Assembly (NCBI GenBank): GCA_000091205.1
Contig: AP006492.2
DNA: 64,000 bases
From: Cyanidioschyzon merolae
Lineage: Eukaryota
Strand: one strand, 5' to 3'
Made by a program: the position numbers and the translations under genes
Part shown: positions 10,138 through 21,788 of the stretch, piece by piece
How positions within the stretch are numbered: the stretch's first letter is position 1
Layout: every line of letters begins with the position of its first letter
Notes under the pieces: generated by a model
Database searches by the model: none
What the model saw: only the letters and a program-made list of their open reading frames with translations
Told to the model about the DNA's origin: nothing

Positions 10138-13100
10138 GACCCGGTGGTTCGTTTAAACGATCCTAAACCCCGACAAAGGCACTCCGTCGTATCGTATACG
10201 GCGCACAGAGTTGGTTACAGGTACCGCAGGTATCCTGTTTGGTCCCGCGGTCGTCCGCAATCTTCCCGTAGCCAGTTCTGACAGGTCTTTTGCCAAGACA
10301 AGCGACAGCGGCCGGTATAGAAACGGCGAGCCGGCTTCGCGAGTCGTGACCTGTGCCTGGTATGCACTTGGACGCTGGACCCGTCGGTTTTCCGCGTCCG
10401 ATGCCAGGACGTCTGTACGGTGACCCTTGGAGTGTGTCTCGTGGCGTTTCCTTGCAGCTTCCCGGTTCGCAACGTGTCGCTGTCGACGAAAACATGCCCT
10501 AAAACTCCATACGTATAAGGTGTGACGGTGGCATGAAACGGGCGTTTCGCTGCGTGTGCACTGCACAGAACGTTCGTTTGCCTTCGCTGGGGAAACGCTC
10601 ATCAGGGTAAAAGGTTCTTCAGCGATAGCGCCCCTGTCGGTACTGAGGTGCTGGCGGTACCTCTGGCAGGCGTTGTAAGCAGGATGCTCGCTGTGCACTA
10701 GATGAAAACCAGCTTCTCGTTCATAGGAACCAGTAAAAATGCCGTGAACATATACTAGTCTGGAGATGGGGGCGTCACGGTTGGCGCAAAGACCTGCAAA
10801 GCAAAGACGTATGGGTGTTAGGGTGCGGTTCACTGCATCTATCTAGACAACGAGCATGTTTCGTTTCGTCAGCATTATCGCATAGTGCAGCACTCGAAAT
10901 ACGCAGAAACATCGAATAACGGAATACCATGATCGCTCAACAAGTGCCTGAAAGCATCCTTCTTAGAGTGTCTGTCCGGTGCTGCAGCCTTTCCGGATTG
11001 CTGAACGGGGTATCATACCAGTACATGGCTCCAGCAGGGGCATCCGACGCCCTCTATCCCAACCACTGACTTCGACTCTTTGAAAGTCTTCAGGGTTTCA
11101 GCACAATGCACACACTGCATACCAGACGATTCGCGCGAGAGTTCGTTCGACTCAAACCCGCTGGAAGCTCCCCAAGCCCGAGACATTTCCGGTTGTTCTT
11201 GACCGCGGTGTCCAGGGCTCGTTGCGGAACGTTCTTGTGTGCACGGTTACTGGTGAAGTGATACCAGCGGAAGCCTCTCATCAGGGTTCGTGTCGCTATC
11301 TGGCCTTCGATCAGCTCGACGAACGTCATTGAAGGTACTTGCTTCAAGTTTACGCTCTGGTTGCCTACCAGTTTCAGCGTGCATGCGCGCTCCTGATCTG
11401 TTTATGTTATCTTGAACTGTTCGACTGGAATCGTCCAGAATCGATCGCTAGACTCGCTGTACGTTCTCGTCGACTGCGCAGGAGTGCTCTCATGGCGCGC
11501 TGTAGAGCGTCCAGCGCCACAGGCGATCCCCCGAACGCCGCGAATCACCAGTCATTTCCTACTCCAGCTCATAGAACAGAATGGCAAAGGCATGCTACCT
11601 GGTTCCGTACTACCGGATCCGTTGCCAACCCAGGTACGGTCTCGCAGACTCCGGGAGACATCATTCGTTTATGGAAATTGGAGACGCACATGCTCCCTGT
11701 ATGAAGCATAAAAGTCATTACGATCCGCTGGTTGCGGAGCGCATCACCTCGAGGTCGTTCCTGATGCCACCATTCCACCGGTTGGTATGCGTTCGGGGGG
11801 AGTCAAGCATGCCTGAATCTCGATGAAACCGAGCACTAGCAAACATGAGCAGCTTCATCTGCTTTCCTTTTAGACATCCGGCTCGGTCGTCTTGATTGAC
11901 GGGAACGGCGATGGCCATCGTGGTCGTAGACTCGGTAGCTGCGCGCACCACCAAGTGTTTCTGATTATTCACATTGAACGGTTGAAAATGAGTCTCGCTG
12001 CTCGACTTTGGCCCAGGTTTCACAAAAGTGCAAGCTGATGCATGTTTCGTAGGTCCCGATCGCCCAGGTATGATTCGTTCCAGTCGGTCCCTGGAAGCGA
12101 GAAGCCTTGTATATCGTCTGCGAATGCACTTGTCTCTGATTTCCTCGAATGTTTCGTACCTGCTCGCGGAGACCAGCTGTAGCCCACTGTGGAGGCAATT
12201 CAGTACAGAACAATGCATGAGAGTCTCTGTGATGTACCCGCACATGACGCGTGCTATGAGCACTACGTCGTATAGACGAGTGGGGAGGATCCAGTGCTCG
12301 CCGGCAGATGTGTAGTATGCTTCGCTCTTGTGGGTTCTGTTCTGGAACGCTTTGCACCACAAGATGGAAGGAAGACATGCGTCACGATTCAATTATTTTT
12401 GGCTTAAGGCCTCGGTAGGTCCAAGGCTTGCACGAAAACGATCAGCGCGCACAACCTGAAGCTGCTCTCGCTTACAATGCAACATCGCTTCCGAACGCGT
12501 GACCACCATGAGGTCTTTCGCCACCAGCTCGTCATTTTCTGCCATCGACATCCCAGAAGATTCTTCCATCAGTCCCGGCGGTTTGAGACCGGTAAGATGA
12601 GCGCATAACGCTCACCGGGAACGCCTCGAGAAGCGTCCGACACTGATCCGTATATGCATTTGGTTTCTGAGGTGCGTTTGATACTTTTTTGGTACCCGCG
12701 CTTCAGATCATTTCCAATCGCCTCGGCGGCACGACGATGTGTCAAGGCATTCTGGAAGCATGTGCGAAACTCTTGGATCCTATAACAAGGCCGTTCAGCA
12801 TCATCTGTTGCGAGCATCATTTGTGCTGTCGCCCGAGGCTTTGATCGAAAACCTCCAGAGAGATATGGACAGCTAGCAGGTCTGCGTCCGAAACTCGGAC
12901 GAACGGTTACTTGACGATTTGTGTCGAGGCTGGGTTACAGAATGCCTTGGCGACGAACGGAGTCACAGATGCGAACGACGCGTCTACGAATCCGTTCGCG
13001 TCGACACGACAGTCGACAACACACGAGACACTTCCGACAGGATTGAACCGAGAAAGATCTGCTGGCATGATGTGCAGTTCAACGTCAATTTCATCTGCGT

Positions 13101-15222
13101 ATTCCTTGACCACTTTTGAGTGCAGGAAAGCGACACTGTCTGAGATCATGACAGTGGGATGCGGGACGCACTAGCCACCAGGCGTCCTTCAACGCAGGAT
13201 GGTGTTTTAAACGATGTTGTCCGCTCGGCGATGTGTAGGCGACCATTCGATAGCATCACCGTTGCGGCTGATGTGTTCGTTATGAGCGCTTTTTTCTTCT
13301 CTACGAACAGCAACTAGCGCGTCTTTGAGAACCCATACACAAGTTGAAACTTCTACATGCACGGATTCTCATCGACTGAGCTGAACAAGTGTCCGTCCTT
13401 TGATGAATATTCGCGTATCAGAACGGAATCGATCGTGCATCTTTCTATGCGCAGCACTCTACAATACGAGCGTGCTTTTTTCTGTCCATCCGTATCTACA
13501 CATCACCGTTCAAATGAACTGGACGGGCACTTTATATCCAGGAGGTTCTTCGAGAGTGTTTATCAGAATTTATGCAGCGGAATGCATTGATGAGGAGACT
13601 ATTGAGTATATTGGTACTTTCGAGTTTGTGTGCATGACGATCAGGATGGGGGCTTTGAGAAGATCGATTCATCCACTCGTGACCGTCGAATGACGGGCTT
13701 GTACCACTGGCGAGCAAGAAACCTAGCAGCGATAGCATAGAGCGTTTCCGTTGCTTTCCTTGAATCTACAAAATACATACCTTCTATTCAACACCTTCAC
13801 GACAAGCGGAAGAAAACGATGTGCCTGTGCAGGTATTCCAGAATTTGCTGCCTTGAGGAAAACAAGCTGATGCCTGCACCCGTGCATTTGTCGCCATCAG
13901 TTTCGTTACGCTTTACACCTGCACGACATCGTCGAACAAACTCGTCCCTGATTCTGAGATGAGCTGGCGCAGGGAATCAGCAGTTTCAAGTTGGCTCAAG
14001 GACTCCCTTCAGTTCATGTCGAGGAACGAGAAACTTAATTCGAGTAACCCGACCCCAAACTCAAAGCTCAAGTGAACGACCCCGCTCGAGCGCATCCGCC
14101 TTGAATGGTAAGGGTGTAACAGATTCCCATCGTTTGCGCAGGGTTTGTCTTCTCTGGAGGCTGAACGAGCTTCGTTGATTAGTCCCTCGCCCCCCGCCCT
14201 GCCCCACAGCGTCATTGCCCTCGGGGTACCCGCATCACCCGCTTGAGGCCAATGGCGACCGTGTCGAACAATACATCGCTTCACTAGGCGACGCACTGAG
14301 CGATTCGTGTCTTGGGTCCGTGGTGACAGCGCGGCAGAGGGCGCTTCGGGCCGGCGCCCGCCAACGCACCGCACAGCCATCCTGTCTCCTTCTGGTGATT
14401 GTAGTGGCGCTAATAGCTCCAGCGGTAGCGCCAGCAAACAGTACAGTTTGGCTTGACAAGCCATCAAGGATCGTCATCCCTGAATCGATCGAATCTCTAT
14501 CCTCGACGACGAGAAGGTTACGATTCGGGTCAGCGACGCACAGCGGTATCCGGAGTGCGCGCCCGAAGCCCTCTCCCTATTGACTCCCTATAGCATTCAG
14601 GTATCCGGAGCGGTGTCTCTATTTCAATGCACTGATCTTGCCGGAGCCAGGAGGGCTCATGGCGTGCTGCACCTACACCAGCAGCAACTGCAGGAGCAGC
14701 ACATAGAAAAGTGCATACGCTCGCCGTGGACGTCTGCAGAGAGCCTTGTCCCCACGCGCAGTGTTTCCGTGCCCATCCGCATGCATGCAAGGACACGCTG
14801 CGAAACAGTCCACAGCACTTTCGACCCGGATCTCCTTGGTGGCATACCTGAAAAAGACAAAAATTGTTCTACATGACCTCCGCAGACACCAGATCACCAG
14901 CTGTCTCTGCTTCGTTGAGTGCCAGCACCAGATGCAGCAATGCATCGCAGTAGACGTATGTGCACCACCACCGCAGCGTGCCTGAAACCAGAGCCGTCGC
15001 ATCTCGCCATCGGCTTCATTGTCTCGGAAGGCGAGGATATAACGCCTTGACGAGAGAGAGAGGGCGGTTTCGAGGAAGCCCCCACAGCGTATCCCTCTGA
15101 TCGATAGAACAACAACCACGCTGGATGCCACGTCCCAACGGAGACGCGTTCGATCCAGGATGCACTGCAGTGATCAGAAAATCCTCAAAGACGCTGCACG
15201 AGTCGCGGTGAAGCTCAGCGCG

Positions 15223-16791
15223 TCAAGCGCTACGGTCCAGGTCCTCGAAGAGCTCCGTTACCGTTGAACTGAGACGCTTGCTGACGTTTCGCACAACGCT
15301 GCCTACCGTCTCAAGGGTCGGGGTCCTTGGTGAACGACTCGGCGTTGCACGCGCCTGTGAAGACACCGCCCAAGCAGCGTTGTTGCCGGAGATTCGAGCT
15401 GGCCCTGCCCCAGCTGCGGAAGCGGAAGTATCGTCAGCAAGCTGTAAGACCATCATTCGATCGCTTTGACCACGAACGTCTGCCGCTGAGACTGCTTTCG
15501 CGTGACGAAGCTTGTCTCTCCAGTCAGCGCTTGACGCCATGGATGTTTGCGGCGACTCACAAGCGGCTCGTTCGACACTCTGCTTGGCGATCTGTGCGGA
15601 ATCGCGAGTCGGCTGAACTGCAAGAGGAGGCCCCTTGGCTTCGATATCCAGCTGTCTTTGAGGCGGATCGCCTATGCCAGCACCTTGTCGTGTTGCAGTT
15701 ACAAACCCGGAAACAGCAGTCTCAGTGACAACCGTTCCTGTCAAAAGCGATGCCCTTGGCGGCGTCGTCCCAGTGCGCTGTGCTTCAAACACTGGCGTAG
15801 AGGCATCTCTGCTGCTTCCTTGGGGCAGCGCAGCGCTTCCGCTCGCAGAGCACGCCATGGCGGTACCAGCGCTGACTGATCCACCGGATGGACGCTCTAT
15901 CTGAACGGCATTACTCATGTTCGTACTCGTATTTTTGCAGCCAGCACTGAAACTTGGCCCGAGTCGTCGAGCACCCAACCCATGAGACCCGGTTCGTCGG
16001 GGCGCTGCGGACCTACTTGTCCAGTTTGGTGCCCCATTCATGGACGCACCTGTTCTCGTTTGCGACAAATTCCCTGCCACTGACGCTGTGACGAACCGCG
16101 TGGCATCATCGGACAAAGTGCTTGCAGTCGACTGCGAGAAACGCTCTTCAGTTCTTGCCCCAACAGATGTGCTACTCGACGGCTGCAATGGCACGGCGTC
16201 GCGATCTCCGCTTCCCGCACCGTTGGTAGTCGCCGTTCTCAGCTCCGTCTGGGTTGCATCCACTGTTTCAGGGACTACCTGCCTGGCAACTGCAGCCTCT
16301 CGTTGGCCTGAGCGCTTTGATTGCAGCGGCTGCTCCGGTGCGCTGGGCGTTGACGGTGCGGGTTCCGGAGCGACACCGACGCACCCCAGGGTGTCCTGGT
16401 GTGCCAAACGAACCTGCTCTGCTTCGCGGCTGAGCCGCTCTCTATACAGGTACGCTGCTCTTGATGAGTATTTTTGCGAGAGCGAACCACTCATTGGCGC
16501 TTGGTGCGCCTTGAAAAAGCTGCGCGCTCGTTCGTTACCGCCTGCAGTCATGCGCCACAGCTGTTCAGGCGTCCACGAGTCCATAAGCGTCGATCGAACA
16601 AAGCTCAGGTGCGTCCCGAGGTTTCTATGGAGTCCGGCACAGTCTATGCAGAGAAATATGCCATACGAGGTTGACGCCCAAGTCGGGTGGTGTGCCTCAC
16701 AGTCGAAGCAGAACCTGTTCTCCGGTCTCGCTCGCAGCCGAGTCAAAAGCGCCCTACTCTCCGCCAGAGGTAGAGGTTGTGCGGACTCCAT
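15223..16791 (-). CDS. ADP-ribosylation factor GTPase-activating protein (ArfGAP zinc-finger domain) with a long Ser/Thr/Ala-rich tail
   Basis: The N-terminus NRFCFDCEAHHPTWASTSYGIFLCIDCAGLHRNLGTHLSFVRSTLMDSW is the C4 ArfGAP finger with the catalytic Arg. ATG at 16791. The rest of the 522-aa ORF is low-complexity. Confidence 0.8.
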   Translation of the reverse strand: MESAQPLPLAESRALLTRLRARPENRFCFDCEAHHPTWASTSYGIFLCIDCAGLHRNLGTHLSFVRSTLMDSWTPEQLWRMTAGGNERARSFFKAHQAPMSGSLSQKYSSRAAYLYRERLSREAEQVRLAHQDTLGCVGVAPEPAPSTPSAPEQPLQSKRSGQREAAVARQVVPETVDATQTELRTATTNGAGSGDRDAVPLQPSSSTSVGARTEERFSQSTASTLSDDATRFVTASVAGNLSQTRTGASMNGAPNWTSRSAAPRRTGSHGLGARRLGPSFSAGCKNTSTNMSNAVQIERPSGGSVSAGTAMACSASGSAALPQGSSRDASTPVFEAQRTGTTPPRASLLTGTVVTETAVSGFVTATRQGAGIGDPPQRQLDIEAKGPPLAVQPTRDSAQIAKQSVERAACESPQTSMASSADWRDKLRHAKAVSAADVRGQSDRMMVLQLADDTSASAAGAGPARISGNNAAWAVSSQARATPSRSPRTPTLETVGSVVRNVSKRLSSTVTELFEDLDRSA

Positions 16792-17153
16792 GTCTACGTG
16801 CTCCGCTGTACCTGTTTACAGCTCAACAAACTAGCGCCTCAAGGGTAGCGTTCACAGAGTCGCCCTGGGAAGCGGCGGACGCTATCGTAAAAGCACAGCA
16901 CAGCCGCTGACGCAAAGCCAAGCGTCGATGACGCTGCATGTGATGATTCTCGCCTAGCGTTCCCGAAGCCCTAAAGCCCCTGCATAGCGGTATTCGGGGG
17001 AGGTTGTTTCCTTGGTACCCAGCGCATCGTTGCATCCGAAAGACGCTGACTGAACACATCAATCACATCTCTTTCGTAGAGCCGCAGCTGGCTACCGCAG
17101 TGCAGCGGTCTGCGAGCAGGGAATGCGTACGCTGTGCAGTCCGTCGACGCGTC

Positions 17154-18398
17154 ATGTGGATTTCCCTCGCAGGTCCTGCAAAGACTTTACCAGCGCTCAA
17201 CGGACAAGCCAGAGTGCATACACGAACGTTCACCCAGCAGAGGCGAGACGGGCAGCGTCGGTTGGCTCCAGTGCCGCCTCGGGGCGTCAGTGCCGCACGA
17301 TGCCCACTCAGCATGGACGAGCGTCGCCTTCACGCGTCCGACAGGCACGACGCCAAAGCGTCTGCTTCGTTTCGCCCCAAACTCGAGTGCGTACCGAGTC
17401 AGTGCTTTCTACCGGCAGCAGAGGTAGCTGCCATTCGTGACGAACGAGCGCAGCGGCTCATACAGCGGCTGCAGCGCGTCGCTGCCGACGAGACTATCTG
17501 CTTTTACACGAACGAGCCGGCGAACCTTGAGGACACGAAAAAGCCGGCTTTGGTGTTGATTCACGGTTTCGACTCATCTTGTTTGGAGTTTAGAGCATTG
17601 CTCCCGGAACTCGAGCGGCTGTTGGCACCCTGGGTTCGTCTCTTTGCTGTAGATGTGTTCGGCTGGGGCTTCGGCGCTCGGCCTTCTGGGTTAGACTACG
17701 GTCCTGCAGGAAAACGAGCTCACTTGAAGCGCTTTTTGCTGCATGTTGTCGACGGTGGTGTCGAGAACCTGCAGACGCCGCTGGTGCTAGCAGGGGCATC
17801 ACTCGGCGGTGCAGTGCTGACGGACTACGTTCTACATGCGGATGCTGCGGAGCGGGAACGCATTCGAGCTGCTATCTTCATTGACGCGCAGCTCTTCGTA
17901 GATGGGAAGGGGTTTCGTTTCCTGGTACCCCCGTTGGACTATGTGGGGTTGTGGGTCCTCCGATCGGCGGCACTTCGCCAGTACGCGAATAAACTAGCGT
18001 TTTATCGACCTTCGGAACACGCGACGGAGGATGCGCTGCGTATCAGCCGTCTTCCTTGCCTCATGGCGGGTTGGATGGAAGCGTCTCGAAGCTTCCTGCG
18101 CGCGAATGGGTACACGATCTCCGAAGAGGTTGCACAGTTGGCGTGCTTTCGCCTACCGGTGCTGGCTATCTGGGGAGCGGAGGATCGCATCGTCCCGCTC
18201 AGTACGGTAGAGCGGCTGCGGGGCTTTTATCGAGACCAAAGCTGTGCGGATCTCGTACAAGTGGACGTTATCCCTGAGTGTGGTCACCTACCTCACTTGG
18301 AACGACCCGAGCAAGTCGCGAGCATCATGGATCGCTATGTGCGGGAGAAGCTGCTCGCGGGAGATAGCGCAACCGTCCATCGGTCCCAGCTCAGCTAG
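17154..18398 (+). CDS. Alpha/beta-hydrolase fold protein with an organellar presequence
   Basis: Contains PALVLIHGFDSS (oxyanion HG), LAGASLGGAV (GxSxG nucleophile elbow) and ECGHLPHLERP (catalytic His). The reported ORF opens at 17004 with TTG; in-frame ATGs lie at 17154 and 17313. It is divergent from the ArfGAP gene across a shared upstream region of about 360 bp. Confidence 0.7.
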   Translation: MWISLAGPAKTLPALNGQARVHTRTFTQQRRDGQRRLAPVPPRGVSAARCPLSMDERRLHASDRHDAKASASFRPKLECVPSQCFLPAAEVAAIRDERAQRLIQRLQRVAADETICFYTNEPANLEDTKKPALVLIHGFDSSCLEFRALLPELERLLAPWVRLFAVDVFGWGFGARPSGLDYGPAGKRAHLKRFLLHVVDGGVENLQTPLVLAGASLGGAVLTDYVLHADAAERERIRAAIFIDAQLFVDGKGFRFLVPPLDYVGLWVLRSAALRQYANKLAFYRPSEHATEDALRISRLPCLMAGWMEASRSFLRANGYTISEEVAQLACFRLPVLAIWGAEDRIVPLSTVERLRGFYRDQSCADLVQVDVIPECGHLPHLERPEQVASIMDRYVREKLLAGDSATVHRSQLS

Positions 18399-19184
18399 GT
18401 ATTGATGTGAGGGGTAACGGCAAGACGAATGGGTTCTATGGGTGAAACTCGAACAAGGTGCTTGTTTCGGAGCGACGTGGATATCCGCTTGTAGATGAAC
18501 TGCGATCTATGCGTGGTCGTCAGGAAAGGAAACTTGAATGGAAAATTACGTGGACCTTGGGGAGAACGATTCTGTCAAGCTGATCTCGATCAAAGCGGTC
18601 ATATCCTCTTAAATTGTTTACGATCGCTACAGGTTTTTCAAATACGTGCACACTTCCTGGGTATTCCCGATGCATTGGCGGCAACCCAGCTTCCCTGCGA
18701 GCGTTTGCGGCACCATCCGGTGTATCGCTCGCTGTATGTTTTGCTGGTCACGATAGCCAGCAACTAGGACTTGCTGACTGATATGCAATACGAACGATTG
18801 AAAGTTCTCACAGTGCCCCGAGCAGACGCCCGTTAAACGCTCCGGTGTAGTTGTTCGGTCTCCGTATGCCGCTGACCGTAGTCGGCTTCTATTTCATTGG
18901 ACGCAAACGAGTGACCGTTGTTGACCGGGATACCGGCACGAGCGCATCACTTGTACGTCACGAAAGCGCTTGCAGACGCTCTTGCAGGGTCTGCTGCTCT
19001 GGTTTCGAGACCGGTCATCGCTAACGCCGGAGAGCCCACGCTGCGCCCAACGCAGGAGCAGCACGGGCAGCCTTTCAAGCCCGTGTCTCCATAGGGGTAA
19101 CGCGGGGCTGCGTTTCCCTGCAACGCCTGCTGGCTTCGTGGACGTGCCTCGGCACCGCTTCACTGAGCGAAGCAGACCGAATCT

Positions 19185-20336
19185 ATGCGACGATCGGTCA
19201 CGCGTACCAAGAGAGGTGTCGTCTCCACCTCTGGGGCAACGTCTCCGTTGCGAACGGCGCTGGAAGCTGCGGGAACGTCACCGAGGGTGACCCCGGCCCC
19301 TGGCGACAAACCAGAGGCGTTTCAGGGACCGAGAAACCGCCGAACGATCTGCCACCGTTTACAGGAATCTACCAAAGAAGCTAGCGCCGGCATGCTGCCG
19401 GTGTCAACGGGGGCAACCCGACCGCCAACGGCAGCGGATCCAAGGGGGCAGCTTCCCAGCGCGACTGTGGCGAGCGTATGTTTGGACCGAAAGCCTCAAC
19501 CTAGACGCCGTCTGAAGCGAGCCGTGGACGAACTGGACTCCGCGCAAACGCAGTCAGAGCGGACGGACACCCTGTCCATGGACCGATCGAGACAAAGTGA
19601 GGAGATTTCACCGAAGCGATCGAATCGAGATACCAGACAAACCGATGATATCCTCAGCCATGTTACGACTGATGACGGTATGCACGTCCCGGGTACGCGT
19701 GGCGTAACTCGTGTCGACCTGCATCCGCAGAGGCTGCCCTCTGGGCCTGGACTTCAGTGGAACATGCCGTCACTCGAGAAAGCCGCACCGACGACGAGTC
19801 CAGACGCTGCCTCAGCCGCAAACGCCGCCTCGAGTGGTGCAACATCACAAGAACTTGTGCGGAAACTGCTTGAACATGAAAGCGGCTGGATTCGGCTTAC
19901 GCTGGGGCCAACGCTTCCCCTCAGTTGTCAGTATCTGCCGCTGCACGGTACGGCGAAACTGGGCCGGGTGGAAAAGCTAGCTTCTGGGCGTTATCGTTTG
20001 GTCTTTGGCCCCGACGACAAAGTGAATGACGACGACGAGAACGATCATGATCGTACTAGTGGTGGTGGTGATGCAACGAGTTCCGCTTTTTACTGGCTAG
20101 AGCTCGGCAAGTTGATTGCGCACCCACAGCGCTGGTGGAAACTGGTCCGAGAACGAAACAAGAAACCTGCAGAGGACGGGAATTCGGAAGGGCAAGCACC
20201 ACAACAACATCTCATTGAAGCCGGTGAGGTGGATACGGAACACGCTGGTCGTTTAGAAGCGAACGTGGAGGTAACAGGGCCGTATACACTGATTGGAGTA
20301 CCCGATTTGGCACATCTCTATACGACAAGTCGTTGA
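19185..20336 (+). CDS. Hypothetical protein (383 aa) with a low-complexity N-half and a C-half without recognised domains
   Basis: Long ATG-initiated ORF in an otherwise unassigned interval, with codon usage similar to neighbouring genes. I recognise no motif. Confidence 0.3.
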   Translation: MRRSVTRTKRGVVSTSGATSPLRTALEAAGTSPRVTPAPGDKPEAFQGPRNRRTICHRLQESTKEASAGMLPVSTGATRPPTAADPRGQLPSATVASVCLDRKPQPRRRLKRAVDELDSAQTQSERTDTLSMDRSRQSEEISPKRSNRDTRQTDDILSHVTTDDGMHVPGTRGVTRVDLHPQRLPSGPGLQWNMPSLEKAAPTTSPDAASAANAASSGATSQELVRKLLEHESGWIRLTLGPTLPLSCQYLPLHGTAKLGRVEKLASGRYRLVFGPDDKVNDDDENDHDRTSGGGDATSSAFYWLELGKLIAHPQRWWKLVRERNKKPAEDGNSEGQAPQQHLIEAGEVDTEHAGRLEANVEVTGPYTLIGVPDLAHLYTTSR

Positions 20337-21788
20337 CGTATGCAAGAGAGGCGCACCAGCTGAGCTCAGCGCAGCTGCGTGCATTGCTCTTCAACGGGTG
20401 CCCTCGCGAAGCATGTCGATGTTCAGGAGCCTGTCTCTCTCTCTCTCTTGTTCCGAAATGGATGCAATTCTGCTGCAGGTGTGATGCACGCGCCCGGAGG
20501 ATGTTGTTGGTGTGCGCATGCTCCCGTGGCCTCCAGAGCGGCCCGCATGGCAACTCGGTGCTGCACGTTGGTCATCGAAGGTACCTTCGGACATTCACTC
20601 GTTCGCTCGCTCGTTCCAGGAGGAAAACTCGCCATACACGCAGCGTTCATGCGCAGTGGATGCTGCATTCCATTCATGGATGCCGCAAAACCGTCACTGG
20701 TTCCATCGATGCATCGCGTCTAACGATGGGGTCGATGCATAGTTTGCAAAACTTGCGGCTCATAAGCGGGAAAGGCTACCTGCCGCCTTTTGTGCAGAGT
20801 TTGATCTAGAACGCTGGCTGCACAATTTACTCTTTTTGTCGTTTGGTCCGGGAACGGCGGGCGTGGAGCCTCTCAACAGGTGCTTAAAACCTGTACGCCT
20901 AGTGTGTCTACTGTTCGTCTAGTCAGACAACTGGGGCACAAGTCTTACGGTCATGAAAATATCCGTTTCCTGATGCTGAATGACGATACTGGACGGGCCT
21001 CGGCTGCAAACACGTTCGGCGCATGCGAGCCATATTATCGCATTTTTAGCCGACCACGATGCTTCGCTGTGCTTCCGAGATTTATTCAGCGAATGCAGAG
21101 CTGTTGCCAATTACAACCGGGATACTGCTCGTAATAGAGGTCCAGGAATGCTCTCTCTACGAGTCACAAGAGTCAGCACTTGGGCCGGTCCCGGCCGGTA
21201 ACGAGGCACCCGCGGTTGCCCTGTGGTGCGTCCGGTGTGTGCCAACGTCGCTGTTCTAATGCCTACCTTCACATCCATATGCAACGATCTCTCTGTAATG
21301 TATCTAATCAGCGTATACATATCGCTACTCCAGAGCCTCTTGTGACGAACACTTCGTCCATGGGAAACGGATGCGTAACAAGGGAAACGATCCTAGGGCC
21401 GCTCTCGCACGATACACCACACAAGCGTCCTGTTTTTTCAACCATCAAGAGCCGCGCGAATCCCATGCGCGTCGACACCGCGTGTCGCACCGGTGACCCA
21501 CTCCGACACGCCCGAGACCTTCCACGTCCAGTGCAATTCGCGGACGCTCTCGACTGGACCACAGACTAGCGCATAGATAGGTTGGCGTCCTGATCACCGG
21601 CGTGATGCACGGGCAGGCGTCACCTGAATTGTCGACACGTGAGCGATCAGAACTAGTCTCCAATCACGCTAGTCCGCTGCGTTGCAATCCGTTTTGCAAT
21701 TGCCCACTCAAATAAACGGCATCGTTGCCGGTACCCTCACATCCGTGAGCGCCATCATGATCATGGACGCACCAACCTGGTCGAGGCA

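Noticed and set aside
10153-10833. 226-codon ORF in the same frame directly upstream of riboflavin kinase; I considered an N-terminal fused domain (FMN hydrolase/HAD or FAD synthetase) interrupted by a stop
   Set aside because: I found no HAD motif I (DxDGT) and no FMNAT (H/T)xGH motif. The ORF opens with GTG and has no recognisable motifs. The riboflavin kinase has its own ATG and a presequence-like N-terminus. So the two are most likely independent, and the upstream ORF is probably non-coding.
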